Shown: positions 35,886 through 44,142, counted from the first letter of the stretch. The stretch is 64,000 nucleotides of DNA from Candidatus Chisholmbacteria bacterium RIFCSPHIGHO2_01_FULL_52_32 (GCA_001816585.1 MHCJ01000003.1:522681-586680), one strand, 5' to 3'. Numbers and translations: made by a program. The notes: generated by a model not told the origin, from the letters alone.

Positions 35886-37188
35886 GATCGCATCTATGAT
35901 AGATGTTTTGAAAATGAGAGTACCACTAATCAAAGGTTTTTTTGTTATTTTTCAAGTCTTTCTTGGAACCGCGATTGTTGGAACTGCGGCTCTTCTTCTG
36001 GCCGATCACTTCGGGGTGTTGGAGTTTGTCAAACCCTATGTCGTCATGTCCGGGTCGATGGAGCCGGCGGTCCGGCTTGGAAGTGTGGTGGTCGTGCGAC
36101 CGCAATCTTCCTATTCATCTAATGACGTTGTTACCTATGCCCCTAATGGAGACAAAGAAAAACCGGTCACCCACCGCATCCTGTTCAAGTCGTATCCTGA
36201 CGGCATTACCCAGGCGCCTGTTTACCTCACAAAAGGTGATGCTAATGAGGATTTCGATCGGGCTGCGGTGAGTGCAAAAGACGTTATCGGGAAGTCGCTG
36301 TTTGTAATCCCCTTTCTTGGTTATGTGGTGAATTTCGCCAAACAGCCGTATGGATTTATCTTCCTCGTGATTGTTCCGGCAACGATTGTGATTTACGAGG
36401 AATTCAAATTCCTTGGGAAAGAACTCTCTATTTTCCTCATGAACAGTTCTTCTTGGCTATCCGCCCGGATCTCTAAGAAGAACGGAATTCGTCTGCGTCG
36501 GGGGATCAATCTTCTTTCGAAACGCGAAAAGGGAGTTCCCAAAGCAGCGGCTGTTGTTCCGGTCATCGGGACGATTTTGGTTCTTTCCGCTTTCACCGGT
36601 GCGTTTTTCTCGGATACCGAGCAAAGCTCCGGGAATGTCTTCAGCGCGGCGGAGAGTTTCGGACCGCCGATTGCAAATCATCTGGTGATCAATGAAGTGT
36701 ATTACGATGTGGCACCAGGTAAAGGAGATGAAGGTGATAGTGCAAATCCAGACGAGTGGGTTGAGCTCTATAATCCTACTTCTTCACCTGTCGATATCAA
36801 AGATTGGAGTATAGGTGATGATGAGGATGGAGATAATGTCTCCTCCGCTGAAAAAATTATTCCTCCTGGAGGTTTTGCTCTTATTGCAAAAAGCAATAGC
36901 ACCTGGAATAACTGGGATGAAGATCCTGATGCGGACAAGATCCCTATCGGAGATAAGATTGGTAATGGTCTAGCCAACGCAGGTGACACAGTAATTCTCC
37001 TTGATGACAATGGAGCTGAAGTTGATCGAATGAGTTGGGGAAACGATACTTCTGGTTTCACTTCAGGTTGTGCATCCTCATGCCCTACAGTTGCTGAAGG
37101 TCACTCGTTAGAGAGAGATCCAGATGGAGTTGATACAAATACCGCTGCTGATTTTGTTGACCGCACAACTCCAACGCCAGGTACCTAA
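35875..37188 (+). CDS. sipW: ER/archaeal-type signal peptidase I (SipW, S26B) fused in frame to a C-terminal lamin-tail domain (LTD) segment that carries its own SipW-cognate-like signal motif
   Basis: S26B Ser motif VVMSGSMEP, His motif PVTHRI, TKGDANEDFD; then TM helix; then KKNGIRLRRG...AAAVVPVIGTILVLSAFTGAFFSDTEQSSGN; then LTD (LVINEVYYD...EWVELYNPT...DIKDWSI...GDTVILLD). No stop codon between the two parts. Confidence 0.65.
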   Translation: MRSKIASMIDVLKMRVPLIKGFFVIFQVFLGTAIVGTAALLLADHFGVLEFVKPYVVMSGSMEPAVRLGSVVVVRPQSSYSSNDVVTYAPNGDKEKPVTHRILFKSYPDGITQAPVYLTKGDANEDFDRAAVSAKDVIGKSLFVIPFLGYVVNFAKQPYGFIFLVIVPATIVIYEEFKFLGKELSIFLMNSSSWLSARISKKNGIRLRRGINLLSKREKGVPKAAAVVPVIGTILVLSAFTGAFFSDTEQSSGNVFSAAESFGPPIANHLVINEVYYDVAPGKGDEGDSANPDEWVELYNPTSSPVDIKDWSIGDDEDGDNVSSAEKIIPPGGFALIAKSNSTWNNWDEDPDADKIPIGDKIGNGLANAGDTVILLDDNGAEVDRMSWGNDTSGFTSGCASSCPTVAEGHSLERDPDGVDTNTAADFVDRTTPTPGT

Positions 37189-37189
37189 G

Positions 37190-38524
37190 ATGAAAAAAGC
37201 AATTAGAAAAATCCTGATTTTAATACTCGCACTAGCGGTTATTGCTCGATTCGGGAATTTCCGGCAGGAGCGTTCGAGACCCGTCTATGCCGTTGGCGAT
37301 TTGGTGATCACACATGGTGGCAATCCTCTCGGACCGCCGATTTTTACCGTGACGAATATGCTGCCTGGGGACGAGGAGTCTCAAGATGTGGTCGTCACAA
37401 ACAGCGGAACGGTCCCCCGGTTTGTGGCGGTTCGGGGCGTACGGACGGGACCTCCTGATGAGTTGGATCCGAAGTTTGAGACCGTCCTTGAGATTGTTAT
37501 CAGCGAAGGGGGAACGGATCTTTACGGCGGGACGCTCGGCACGAAGACGGTTCAGGACTTTTTCGATGACAGCACAGACCCGAACGGAATTCTTCTCTCA
37601 ATCGTCAACCCATCTGACACAACCACCTACCATTTTGAGGTTACCTTCCCTGAGTCGGGTGATAATGACTTCGATAACCAGTTTCAGGGAAAATCGGTGA
37701 TTTTCGATCTCATCTTTGGCGTTATCACCGGAGAAAGCTTAGTGATCAACGAGGTGTACTACGAAGTCGACGGGAACCACGGGGTTGATAGTCCGAAGGA
37801 CCGCGGGATCGTTTCGATTAACGGGAGGAATATAACCGTTATTATCGAAGGGAACGGGGCCGGCTCGACCAACACGGTGACTATGACGATTTCGCAGTAC
37901 TGTAATATCACCCAATCGAACAACGCTACTATTAATAATGGTGTGATTGTTATTTCTAATACCGGGGGCAACTCGGCATCCGGGAACACCGGAGGGAGTA
38001 CCTCGATCATCACCGGGGCGGCCAATGCGGTCGTCAACATCATCAACATCGCAAACCTTAATATCGGCACCTGCAACGGGAAAAAGCTCGGTCTGAACGA
38101 TGAATGGATTGAGATTTACAACCCGACGGACCACGCGATTTCCCTTAAAAACTGGCGGCTGCGGGATAATTCCGGTTCGGATACCGTGATCAACGCCAAT
38201 AAGAGCGTTCCGGCGTTTGGGTTCGCCCTGATTTCTAAGGACGCCCGGCCCTGGAGCTTCTGGAACGAGAATCCCCTGGCAAAGAAAATCGAGCTTGGGC
38301 GGCAGATCGGGGATGGCCTCGACAACGATGGGGACCATGTATACCTCAAGAAGCCGGATGGGACGGTGGTTGACGCTGTCGGCTGGGGCGATGATACGGC
38401 GGTTTGGAATCCGGCAGTACCTCTGGTTGCCTTAGGATCTTCGATCGAGCGGTTGGTTCCCGGGTTTGATTTCGATCTTGTTTCCGACTGGGATGAGCAA
38501 GCTCCTCCAACTCCCGGTATTTAG
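37190..38524 (+). CDS. secreted protein: TasA-like N-terminal region plus an LTD interrupted by a 'NTGGN...NTGG' repeat insert
   Basis: Start at MKKAIRKILILILALAV; TNMLPGDEESQDVVVTNSG; LVINEVYYEVDG...[GNGAGSTN...NTGGNSASGNTGGSTSIITGAANA...NIGTCNG]...EWIEIYNPTDHAISLKNWRL...GDHVYL. Confidence 0.55.
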   Translation: MKKAIRKILILILALAVIARFGNFRQERSRPVYAVGDLVITHGGNPLGPPIFTVTNMLPGDEESQDVVVTNSGTVPRFVAVRGVRTGPPDELDPKFETVLEIVISEGGTDLYGGTLGTKTVQDFFDDSTDPNGILLSIVNPSDTTTYHFEVTFPESGDNDFDNQFQGKSVIFDLIFGVITGESLVINEVYYEVDGNHGVDSPKDRGIVSINGRNITVIIEGNGAGSTNTVTMTISQYCNITQSNNATINNGVIVISNTGGNSASGNTGGSTSIITGAANAVVNIINIANLNIGTCNGKKLGLNDEWIEIYNPTDHAISLKNWRLRDNSGSDTVINANKSVPAFGFALISKDARPWSFWNENPLAKKIELGRQIGDGLDNDGDHVYLKKPDGTVVDAVGWGDDTAVWNPAVPLVALGSSIERLVPGFDFDLVSDWDEQAPPTPGI

Positions 38525-38540
38525 TTCCTTTCTTCCCTCC

Positions 38541-38608
38541 GTACAGGTGCGACCTGTACGTGTGAATATACATGGCTATCTGACCTCCTGTACAGGTGCG
38601 ACCTGTAC
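38541..38608. repeat. direct REP doublet (38541-38559 and 38590-38608, both perfect)
   Basis: CCTCCGTACAGGTGCGACCTGTACGTGTG...CCTCCTGTACAGGTGCGACCTGTACATGGCG, in the convergent gap between the LTD gene and sortase 2. Confidence 0.85.
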
Positions 38609-38615
38609 ATGGCGG

Positions 38616-39173
38616 CTAGAGGAGGGCGGCAAAGGATGAGGCGGGTTTGGCGATGATGATCAGGCGTTGGGATTTTTGCGCTCCCGTGCAAGTAAGGAGC
38701 GTGAGGCGTTCGTCGGCTGTCTGTGCAATGACCCCGACCTCGGCCGGGCTGACAACGCGGATCGCGGAAACAAGATAACTTTTTGTTTTCCCTTCTCCCT
38801 CGATGAAGACCCGATCGCCAAGAAAAACTTTCTCAAGCGGTCCGAAGAAGTCTTCGGTATTGTGCGCATATATCACCGCGTTTCCCCATTCTCCAGGTTT
38901 GGCACTGGTTGCGAGGTAGGAGGCGGCATCCGGGAAGAACTCATAGCTTCCCGCTTGGCTTGCTGCTGACTTGAGTTGCAGATCAAGGTTCGTTTTTGGA
39001 ATGTATATCCTTTCCGGGGTGACAATGACCCTTTGGTGGTACTCGTGGGTTGGGGCTTGCACCAAGAGCGGGGCAAATTGGCTCTCGACCGGCTGAGGGT
39101 TTTGTCCAAACAGCGAGGCAAGGCTCATCCCGGCAAACGTGGCGATGGTGGCAACGAGCAATGGTATCTTCAT
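38616..39173 (-). CDS. sortase family transpeptidase (sortase 2)
   Basis: N-terminal TM helix; VIYAHNTEDFFGPL; TLxTC motif LTLLTC. Confidence 0.65.
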   Translation of the reverse strand: MKIPLLVATIATFAGMSLASLFGQNPQPVESQFAPLLVQAPTHEYHQRVIVTPERIYIPKTNLDLQLKSAASQAGSYEFFPDAASYLATSAKPGEWGNAVIYAHNTEDFFGPLEKVFLGDRVFIEGEGKTKSYLVSAIRVVSPAEVGVIAQTADERLTLLTCTGAQKSQRLIIIAKPASSFAALL

Positions 39174-39332
39174 GACTTCCTTTATAAAAAGGACTCCTAG
39201 TGGGAATCCTTGCGGCCTATACTATCCTTTCTCCCTTCGTTGTCAAGTCTGTACAGGTGCGACCTGTACGCGCAGTTTTTCCTGGCATTCATTCTCTCTG
39301 TACAGGTCGCACCTGTACGGTACAATGGGCAT

Positions 39333-39992
39333 ATGCCCGCAAAGTACACAGTCAAGATGTATGTTGAAAACGGTTATTATCATCTCCTCAACAGAGGGGT
39401 GGATAAACGATCTATTTTCTTCGATAAGAAAGATTCCGTCACCTTTCTGTCTCTTCTTAAGCGCTACCTTACTAATCCTGACCTTCTCCCACCTGAACTT
39501 CAGTTTCTCCGCCCGTCGCGCAGGTCGCACCTGTACGAGCAGATAACGCTCGTTGCCTACTGCCTTATGCCAAACCACTTTCACCTACTTGTAAGGCAGA
39601 AATCCAGGAACGCCATCACTGAATTCGCCCGTTGCCTCATGAACTCCTATGTCCGGCACTTTAATGACCGCCACGAGCGAGTAGGTCCTCTCTTCCAAGG
39701 AAGAATCAAGGGGATACTGGTGGATAATGATTCCTACCTCCTCCATTTGACACGATATATCCACCGCAATCCGGAAGAGTTTTGGGAACGTTCTCTTCGA
39801 GATTACCCGTATTCAAGCTATGCTGAGTATCTTGGTCTTCGAAGTACCTCTTGGATTCATCCGGAAGCGATTCTTGCCTATTTCAGATCACCCCTAAATA
39901 AAAGTCTGCATGATTATTTTTCCTACGAAAGCTTCGTCGAGGAATCAAAAGACGATTCGTCTGAGATCCTTAAGGAGATCACCCTCGAATAG
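39333..39992 (+). CDS. REP-associated tyrosine transposase (RAYT; IS200/IS605-like Y1 HuH transposase, transposase_17 type)
   Basis: YYHLLNRG...FFD (N-terminal motif), HuH motif AYCLMPNHFHLL, catalytic Tyr region YLLHLTRYIHRNP, DYPYSSY. Start at Met42 of the track ORF because the upstream in-frame residues are REP sequence. Flanked by REP doublets. Confidence 0.8.
   Translation: MPAKYTVKMYVENGYYHLLNRGVDKRSIFFDKKDSVTFLSLLKRYLTNPDLLPPELQFLRPSRRSHLYEQITLVAYCLMPNHFHLLVRQKSRNAITEFARCLMNSYVRHFNDRHERVGPLFQGRIKGILVDNDSYLLHLTRYIHRNPEEFWERSLRDYPYSSYAEYLGLRSTSWIHPEAILAYFRSPLNKSLHDYFSYESFVEESKDDSSEILKEITLE
39520..39536. repeat. REP-like copy inside the rayT coding sequence (GCAGGTCGCACCTGTAC, inverted orientation, 17 of 19 positions)
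   Basis: In frame it encodes RRSHLYE within a variable region of the RAYT, just upstream of the HuH motif. Confidence 0.6.
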
Positions 39993-40067
39993 CACCTCCG
40001 TACAGGTGCGACCTGTACGGTGTGTACGGGTGCGACCTGTACATGCGTGTTCTTTTGCTACCACTTG

Positions 40068-40583
40068 TTAGGGGACGAGGAGCTTCTTGACGGGGCTGGT
40101 TTTGGAGGACTTTCCACCGATATCGAATCCTCCGCTTCCCGGTTCATAGTCAGAAATGTAGATACCACTGCTATCTTTGTCCCAGCAATGAACCAATAGG
40201 CTTGAGAAGGAACTGTAATATGTACCAATTTCTTGGTTTACATCTGACCGGAAGATTTTTATCCATTTGGTTCTCATTCTTTGGCCATTTTCTATATCAA
40301 TATAATAATTCTTATCTGGAGAGTAAACGGGAAAGGGCCAATCCAGTGATGTTTGAGGGTAGATTTGTCTTGTCTCAGCACATACTTCTTTCAAAGAAAC
40401 TCCTAGCTCGGAAAGATTTGCCCACTTGAGTGTTGATCTGGGAGTATTACTCCACCACATTACTAGCACTAGAGCTGTAAGTATGAAACCTAAACTTAAA
40501 ATCTTCCATCTGTTTCTCCGTATTAGTGACGTTATATTTTTTCGTGACATGGAATGTGAGGTAAATATTCTATGGCCTTTCAA
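40068..40583 (-). CDS. small membrane-anchored protein, paralog 1 (partner of the lipase-like gene)
   Basis: N-terminal TM helix; C-terminus ...DYEPGSGGFDIGGKSSKTSPVKKLLVP is almost identical at the nucleotide level to the 3' end of 61128..61628. Confidence 0.5.
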   Translation of the reverse strand: MKGHRIFTSHSMSRKNITSLIRRNRWKILSLGFILTALVLVMWWSNTPRSTLKWANLSELGVSLKEVCAETRQIYPQTSLDWPFPVYSPDKNYYIDIENGQRMRTKWIKIFRSDVNQEIGTYYSSFSSLLVHCWDKDSSGIYISDYEPGSGGFDIGGKSSKTSPVKKLLVP

Positions 40584-40613
40584 GATGATGTTATCAGCTC
40601 GAGATATTCCAGG

Positions 40614-43600
40614 TCAATCCCCTACAATAAAGATTACATTAGCATCAAGCTCATGACCAAATTCAGATACACCTATCAGGTAAGTCTTGCCAGACTTAAA
40701 GTTGTAATCGCGAAGATGAAGATTAACGATGTAGTGTTGTTTGTCTGCGTCAATTCGTATGACATCGCTTTTCCCATGCAGACCTGGATTTTCCATTGAA
40801 AGGAATGCAATGGCCGAAGAGGGATTGCTCGGATCAACGACCCAAACCTGCACACTCTCATCTTCAGCAAATCTTCCTTCAGCATCACGAATGGTGAACT
40901 TGATGGGAAGGGTCGCATTGCGTGAAACTCTCGGCGGTTTATCCGGATCATTTAACGGTGAGTCCCATTGGATACTTAATGGAGCCGTGGGAAGACTAGC
41001 TCGATTATATGTAGCCGTATGCTCATGAATGTCTCCTGGTGAGGTGGTCCCTGTGAATTCTGCGAAGGTAAGAATGCCTGCGTCACTAAGCGCTTGTACT
41101 AGTACCATGTAATTTCCTTCCTCTACTCCTAGTAACTTGATTGTGTATTCTCCCTCCAAGGGATCCGGGATGAAGATGAAGTCCGGCTCATTAACCTCAA
41201 TTGATCTACTGAACAATGTTCCCGGAATTTCTGATAGTTCCTCACCTGTATTAAAATCAAGGCCCACTCGTCTTCCCAGAGGATCGGTTATCTGAATTTC
41301 CACCGGCGAGAGAATAATGAACCCTAAAGCAGCCTCATGCAAATTGATGCCCGGATCAACAAAGCCGGCGTTAAAAAATGGTCGTGTCTTCGTTAAGAGC
41401 TCTACAATGCTTTGTTGGAGTTGGGTCGGCAAGTGTCCATGCTCAATAATCGATGTATTATCTGCACTCAGATAATACCGGGGCACGAGACGAGTATCGA
41501 TGAAGCTTAGATCAGCGCTCGCTGTTGGTACGGTTTTATCTCCTCTTCCCAGTGGACGAAAATCTCTGCCTTTTAATACCTTTCCGTTCTGCCATATGCC
41601 ATAAATATCATCTAGAAGGTTGCGCCCCACGACTTTGTACAATTTGTCAGTATCCTCAAGTGGACGTTCATTCTCATAGCGATCTCCGACTACAGAAATC
41701 ACATTGTTTCCTCCTAACCGATTAATGAGAACTACTATATTTTCATTGAGTGAGGTCAAGAATTCATTTATCTGATGCCCGAATGGGTAAATCGAGTTTA
41801 AATTATCTGCGGCGACAAGATACCCTCCGGGATCATCCCTCAAATACTCATCCACTGGAAAAAGTTCTCGGATACTCGGCACCTTATCTTTAATGTATTG
41901 GTAGAGATCAGTCTTCGTGGTGAAGCAGAGCTTTGTGAGGTCGGTACAGTACCCTTTCTTCCTCGCTAGAGCGCGGAGTAACCATTCCGCAAGAATCTTT
42001 CCTTTATCGCCGACGATATCATCGAAGAAATCAAATTCCAGACCTTCTGCCGCCAGGTACGCTTTCGGTGCACCAAGGTGGGGTGTTCCTAGCGTGATCA
42101 GCCGATGGACATCTCCCGTGTATGAATCGCCTTGGACGTAGGCGCGGGACACAAGCCCGCCAAGACTGTGCCCAACAAGATCCACGGAAGAGGAGTCCAC
42201 GTACTCCGACACTGATGCTTTTGGAAGCATTGAGCTTCGTATTGCAATGCCTAACTCGCCTCCTGACTTGGAAATGTGCTGTCTCCAGTCATACGGGAAT
42301 GTGAATAGGCTTTGATCAACTTCGTACCCAGCAAATTGTAATTCTTCGAGAAGATTGTTATATGTACCGAGGATAGGATCTATAGTCCATTGTCCAAAAG
42401 CATTTTTCATCGAACCCAGTAGGCCGGGAATAACTACCACCGGATGGATTCGGGCAGTTGGGATAATCATGGTTTCTTGATCGACGCCGAGGATTTCTCC
42501 GTTTGAATCATTAAACATTTTCGCGGTAACGAGAATGGTTTGCCCCGACATCGGCTGAATCCACATCGGCCACATTATTGGGAGGGACTGACCGGGATTT
42601 AACCTTAATGCTCGTCTTAGTATCGCTGGTGGCTCGAGGAGCGTTCCATTATCTTCAAAGAGCAGGCGACTGGGATTTGAGAACGAGACTTCGAGATCCC
42701 CCACCATAATGGCAGATCCCGTATTTGACACACTCACTCGTACTTCCGTGGGATTCTGTGCATACCAACCATCTTCATTGAGCGTGAGTTCGTGCGGTAC
42801 AGCGACATCGACGATTGGACCAGAACCTAATGGTGCGGTGGTGGAGAAGAAAATATCCCAGCTGGTACCTTCGATTTCCTCCATCCAAACAGCATAGGCG
42901 TAGCCCTGTCCATCCATGGCCACATCGGGGGCAAGTTTGCGACGTGTCAGGTCAGGAGTAACGAGAGTGTTCGGACTCCAGGTTCCATCTGCCTCCCTAT
43001 ATGTAGAGTAGATCTCATAGGAATCAGGGAGAACAGTGATGAGGTTATCCGCCCAGACCACAACGGCCTCCCCGGCAGGAGTGACGGCAATTGCCGAAAA
43101 ATCACGGAAGCCATTTTGGGCGTCGCTGACTTGACTGATCGGATCCCATGCTCCACTCGCGTTCCGCTTGCGGAAGGCAATCTCCCAGTCCGGAGTGGCT
43201 TGTGTCCAAACCACATAGGAATTCGCGGAGGCGTCAATTCCGACATCGGGGTTTTGGCCGAAAGCGGTGGAGACGGGTTCGTTCGCTCCCCAAGAATCTC
43301 CTTGTGGACGATGGGAGAAATAGATCTGCTGGAGTCTATTGCGCAGATCGGTCCAAACTACAGCCGCATTCCCGCCCTGATCGACAGTAAGGGAGGGCCC
43401 GCGTGTACCGCTCGTGATCACGGACCCCGGGACATCGTTGACTAGTGTATCAGTTCCCCAGTTTCCTCCATGGGGTCGGTAGTCGAAAAAGAGGTCTTGA
43501 AAATCAGTAGAATCGGGAGGATTCCGCCGATCATACCAAGCAGCATAGGCATTTCCCGCAGGATCAACGGCAATATCCGCATAGGGCTGGGCTTGGGCAT

Positions 43601-44036
43601 CGGGATCGGTTACCTGTTCCCGAACGAGGGTTTCCGTGGCCCAGCCTCCCCCGGCAGGAAGAAAGACAAACCAGAGTTTCCCAAAGCTTTCCCAAAGCAC
43701 ATAGGCATTCCCGCCTGCGTCCACGGCGATACTCGGTTCGTCGCCGACCGTTAAGGCATCGTTCACCTGTACTTCCGATCCCCAATTCCCTCCCGCAGGA
43801 CGGTAATCCACGTAGATGTCAAAGTGATTACTATTTCGCTTATCCATCCAGACCGCGTAGGCGTTGCCCGCCCCATCAACCGTAACTGAAATTGCCGGAT
43901 ACCACTGCTCGGCAGGTCCAAGGTCATCATTCACTCGGACCTTGGGGCTCCAAACAGGGTCGGCGGCATGGGCAGAGGGAGTAAAAAAGAAAAAAGGGAG
44001 GAAAAAGAGAAGTGTGAAGATGCATCGGCGGATCAT
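40614..44036 (-). CDS. large secreted protein: 7-bladed beta-propeller (xGNAYxVW repeats) + PGAP1-like alpha/beta-hydrolase (lipase/esterase, GHSLGG) + C-terminal beta-sandwich domains; paralog 1
   Basis: Signal peptide; repeats DGAGNAYAVWMDKRN x7; VVVIPGLLGS...LVGHSLGGLVSRAY...LITLGTPHLGAPKA. Confidence 0.7.
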   Translation of the reverse strand: MIRRCIFTLLFFLPFFFFTPSAHAADPVWSPKVRVNDDLGPAEQWYPAISVTVDGAGNAYAVWMDKRNSNHFDIYVDYRPAGGNWGSEVQVNDALTVGDEPSIAVDAGGNAYVLWESFGKLWFVFLPAGGGWATETLVREQVTDPDAQAQPYADIAVDPAGNAYAAWYDRRNPPDSTDFQDLFFDYRPHGGNWGTDTLVNDVPGSVITSGTRGPSLTVDQGGNAAVVWTDLRNRLQQIYFSHRPQGDSWGANEPVSTAFGQNPDVGIDASANSYVVWTQATPDWEIAFRKRNASGAWDPISQVSDAQNGFRDFSAIAVTPAGEAVVVWADNLITVLPDSYEIYSTYREADGTWSPNTLVTPDLTRRKLAPDVAMDGQGYAYAVWMEEIEGTSWDIFFSTTAPLGSGPIVDVAVPHELTLNEDGWYAQNPTEVRVSVSNTGSAIMVGDLEVSFSNPSRLLFEDNGTLLEPPAILRRALRLNPGQSLPIMWPMWIQPMSGQTILVTAKMFNDSNGEILGVDQETMIIPTARIHPVVVIPGLLGSMKNAFGQWTIDPILGTYNNLLEELQFAGYEVDQSLFTFPYDWRQHISKSGGELGIAIRSSMLPKASVSEYVDSSSVDLVGHSLGGLVSRAYVQGDSYTGDVHRLITLGTPHLGAPKAYLAAEGLEFDFFDDIVGDKGKILAEWLLRALARKKGYCTDLTKLCFTTKTDLYQYIKDKVPSIRELFPVDEYLRDDPGGYLVAADNLNSIYPFGHQINEFLTSLNENIVVLINRLGGNNVISVVGDRYENERPLEDTDKLYKVVGRNLLDDIYGIWQNGKVLKGRDFRPLGRGDKTVPTASADLSFIDTRLVPRYYLSADNTSIIEHGHLPTQLQQSIVELLTKTRPFFNAGFVDPGINLHEAALGFIILSPVEIQITDPLGRRVGLDFNTGEELSEIPGTLFSRSIEVNEPDFIFIPDPLEGEYTIKLLGVEEGNYMVLVQALSDAGILTFAEFTGTTSPGDIHEHTATYNRASLPTAPLSIQWDSPLNDPDKPPRVSRNATLPIKFTIRDAEGRFAEDESVQVWVVDPSNPSSAIAFLSMENPGLHGKSDVIRIDADKQHYIVNLHLRDYNFKSGKTYLIGVSEFGHELDANVIFIVGD

Positions 44037-44123
44037 GCTCGGTTTCAGAGGTAGTTAAGGGCATTGTCGCACAGAAAAAATGAAACGCAAAGAGGCAACA
44101 GTCACATTCAGATGCACAGACAT

Positions 44124-44142
44124 ATACAGGTGCGACCTGTAC
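44124..44142. repeat. REP element (ATACAGGTGCGACCTGTAC; extended palindrome CATATATACAGG...CCTGTACATGG)
   Basis: Seen directly, in the 245-bp gap between the lipase-like gene start and the PIG-L gene. Confidence 0.75.

Larger units (their letters stand above)
39251..40043 (+). mobile_element. REP-rayT unit: inverted REP doublet (REPIN-like) - rayT - direct REP doublet
   Basis: REPs at 39251-39269 (+ orientation) and 39300-39318 (inverted, spacer TCGCA) immediately 5' of rayT; REPs at 40000-40018 and 40025-40043 immediately 3'. Confidence 0.7.

Noticed and set aside
39210-39332. Upstream extension of the rayT ORF (track start 39210)
   Set aside because: These 41 codons are the translation of the two REP copies and their spacer (..LYRCDLYAQ..VQVAPVRY..). 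The same REP-derived peptides (RSHLY, CDLY, VQVGPV) also appear in spurious ORFs at 38346.., 44055.. and 60782..
38541-40043. Possible CRISPR array, given clustered direct copies of a palindromic 19-bp repeat (38541/38590, 40000/40025, 60910/60959/61068)
   Set aside because: Spacing is irregular (25, 30, 49, 109 bp), copies are scattered singly across the whole window in both orientations, the repeats are shorter than typical CRISPR repeats, and there are no cas genes. The pattern fits REP/REPIN elements with the adjacent RAYT.
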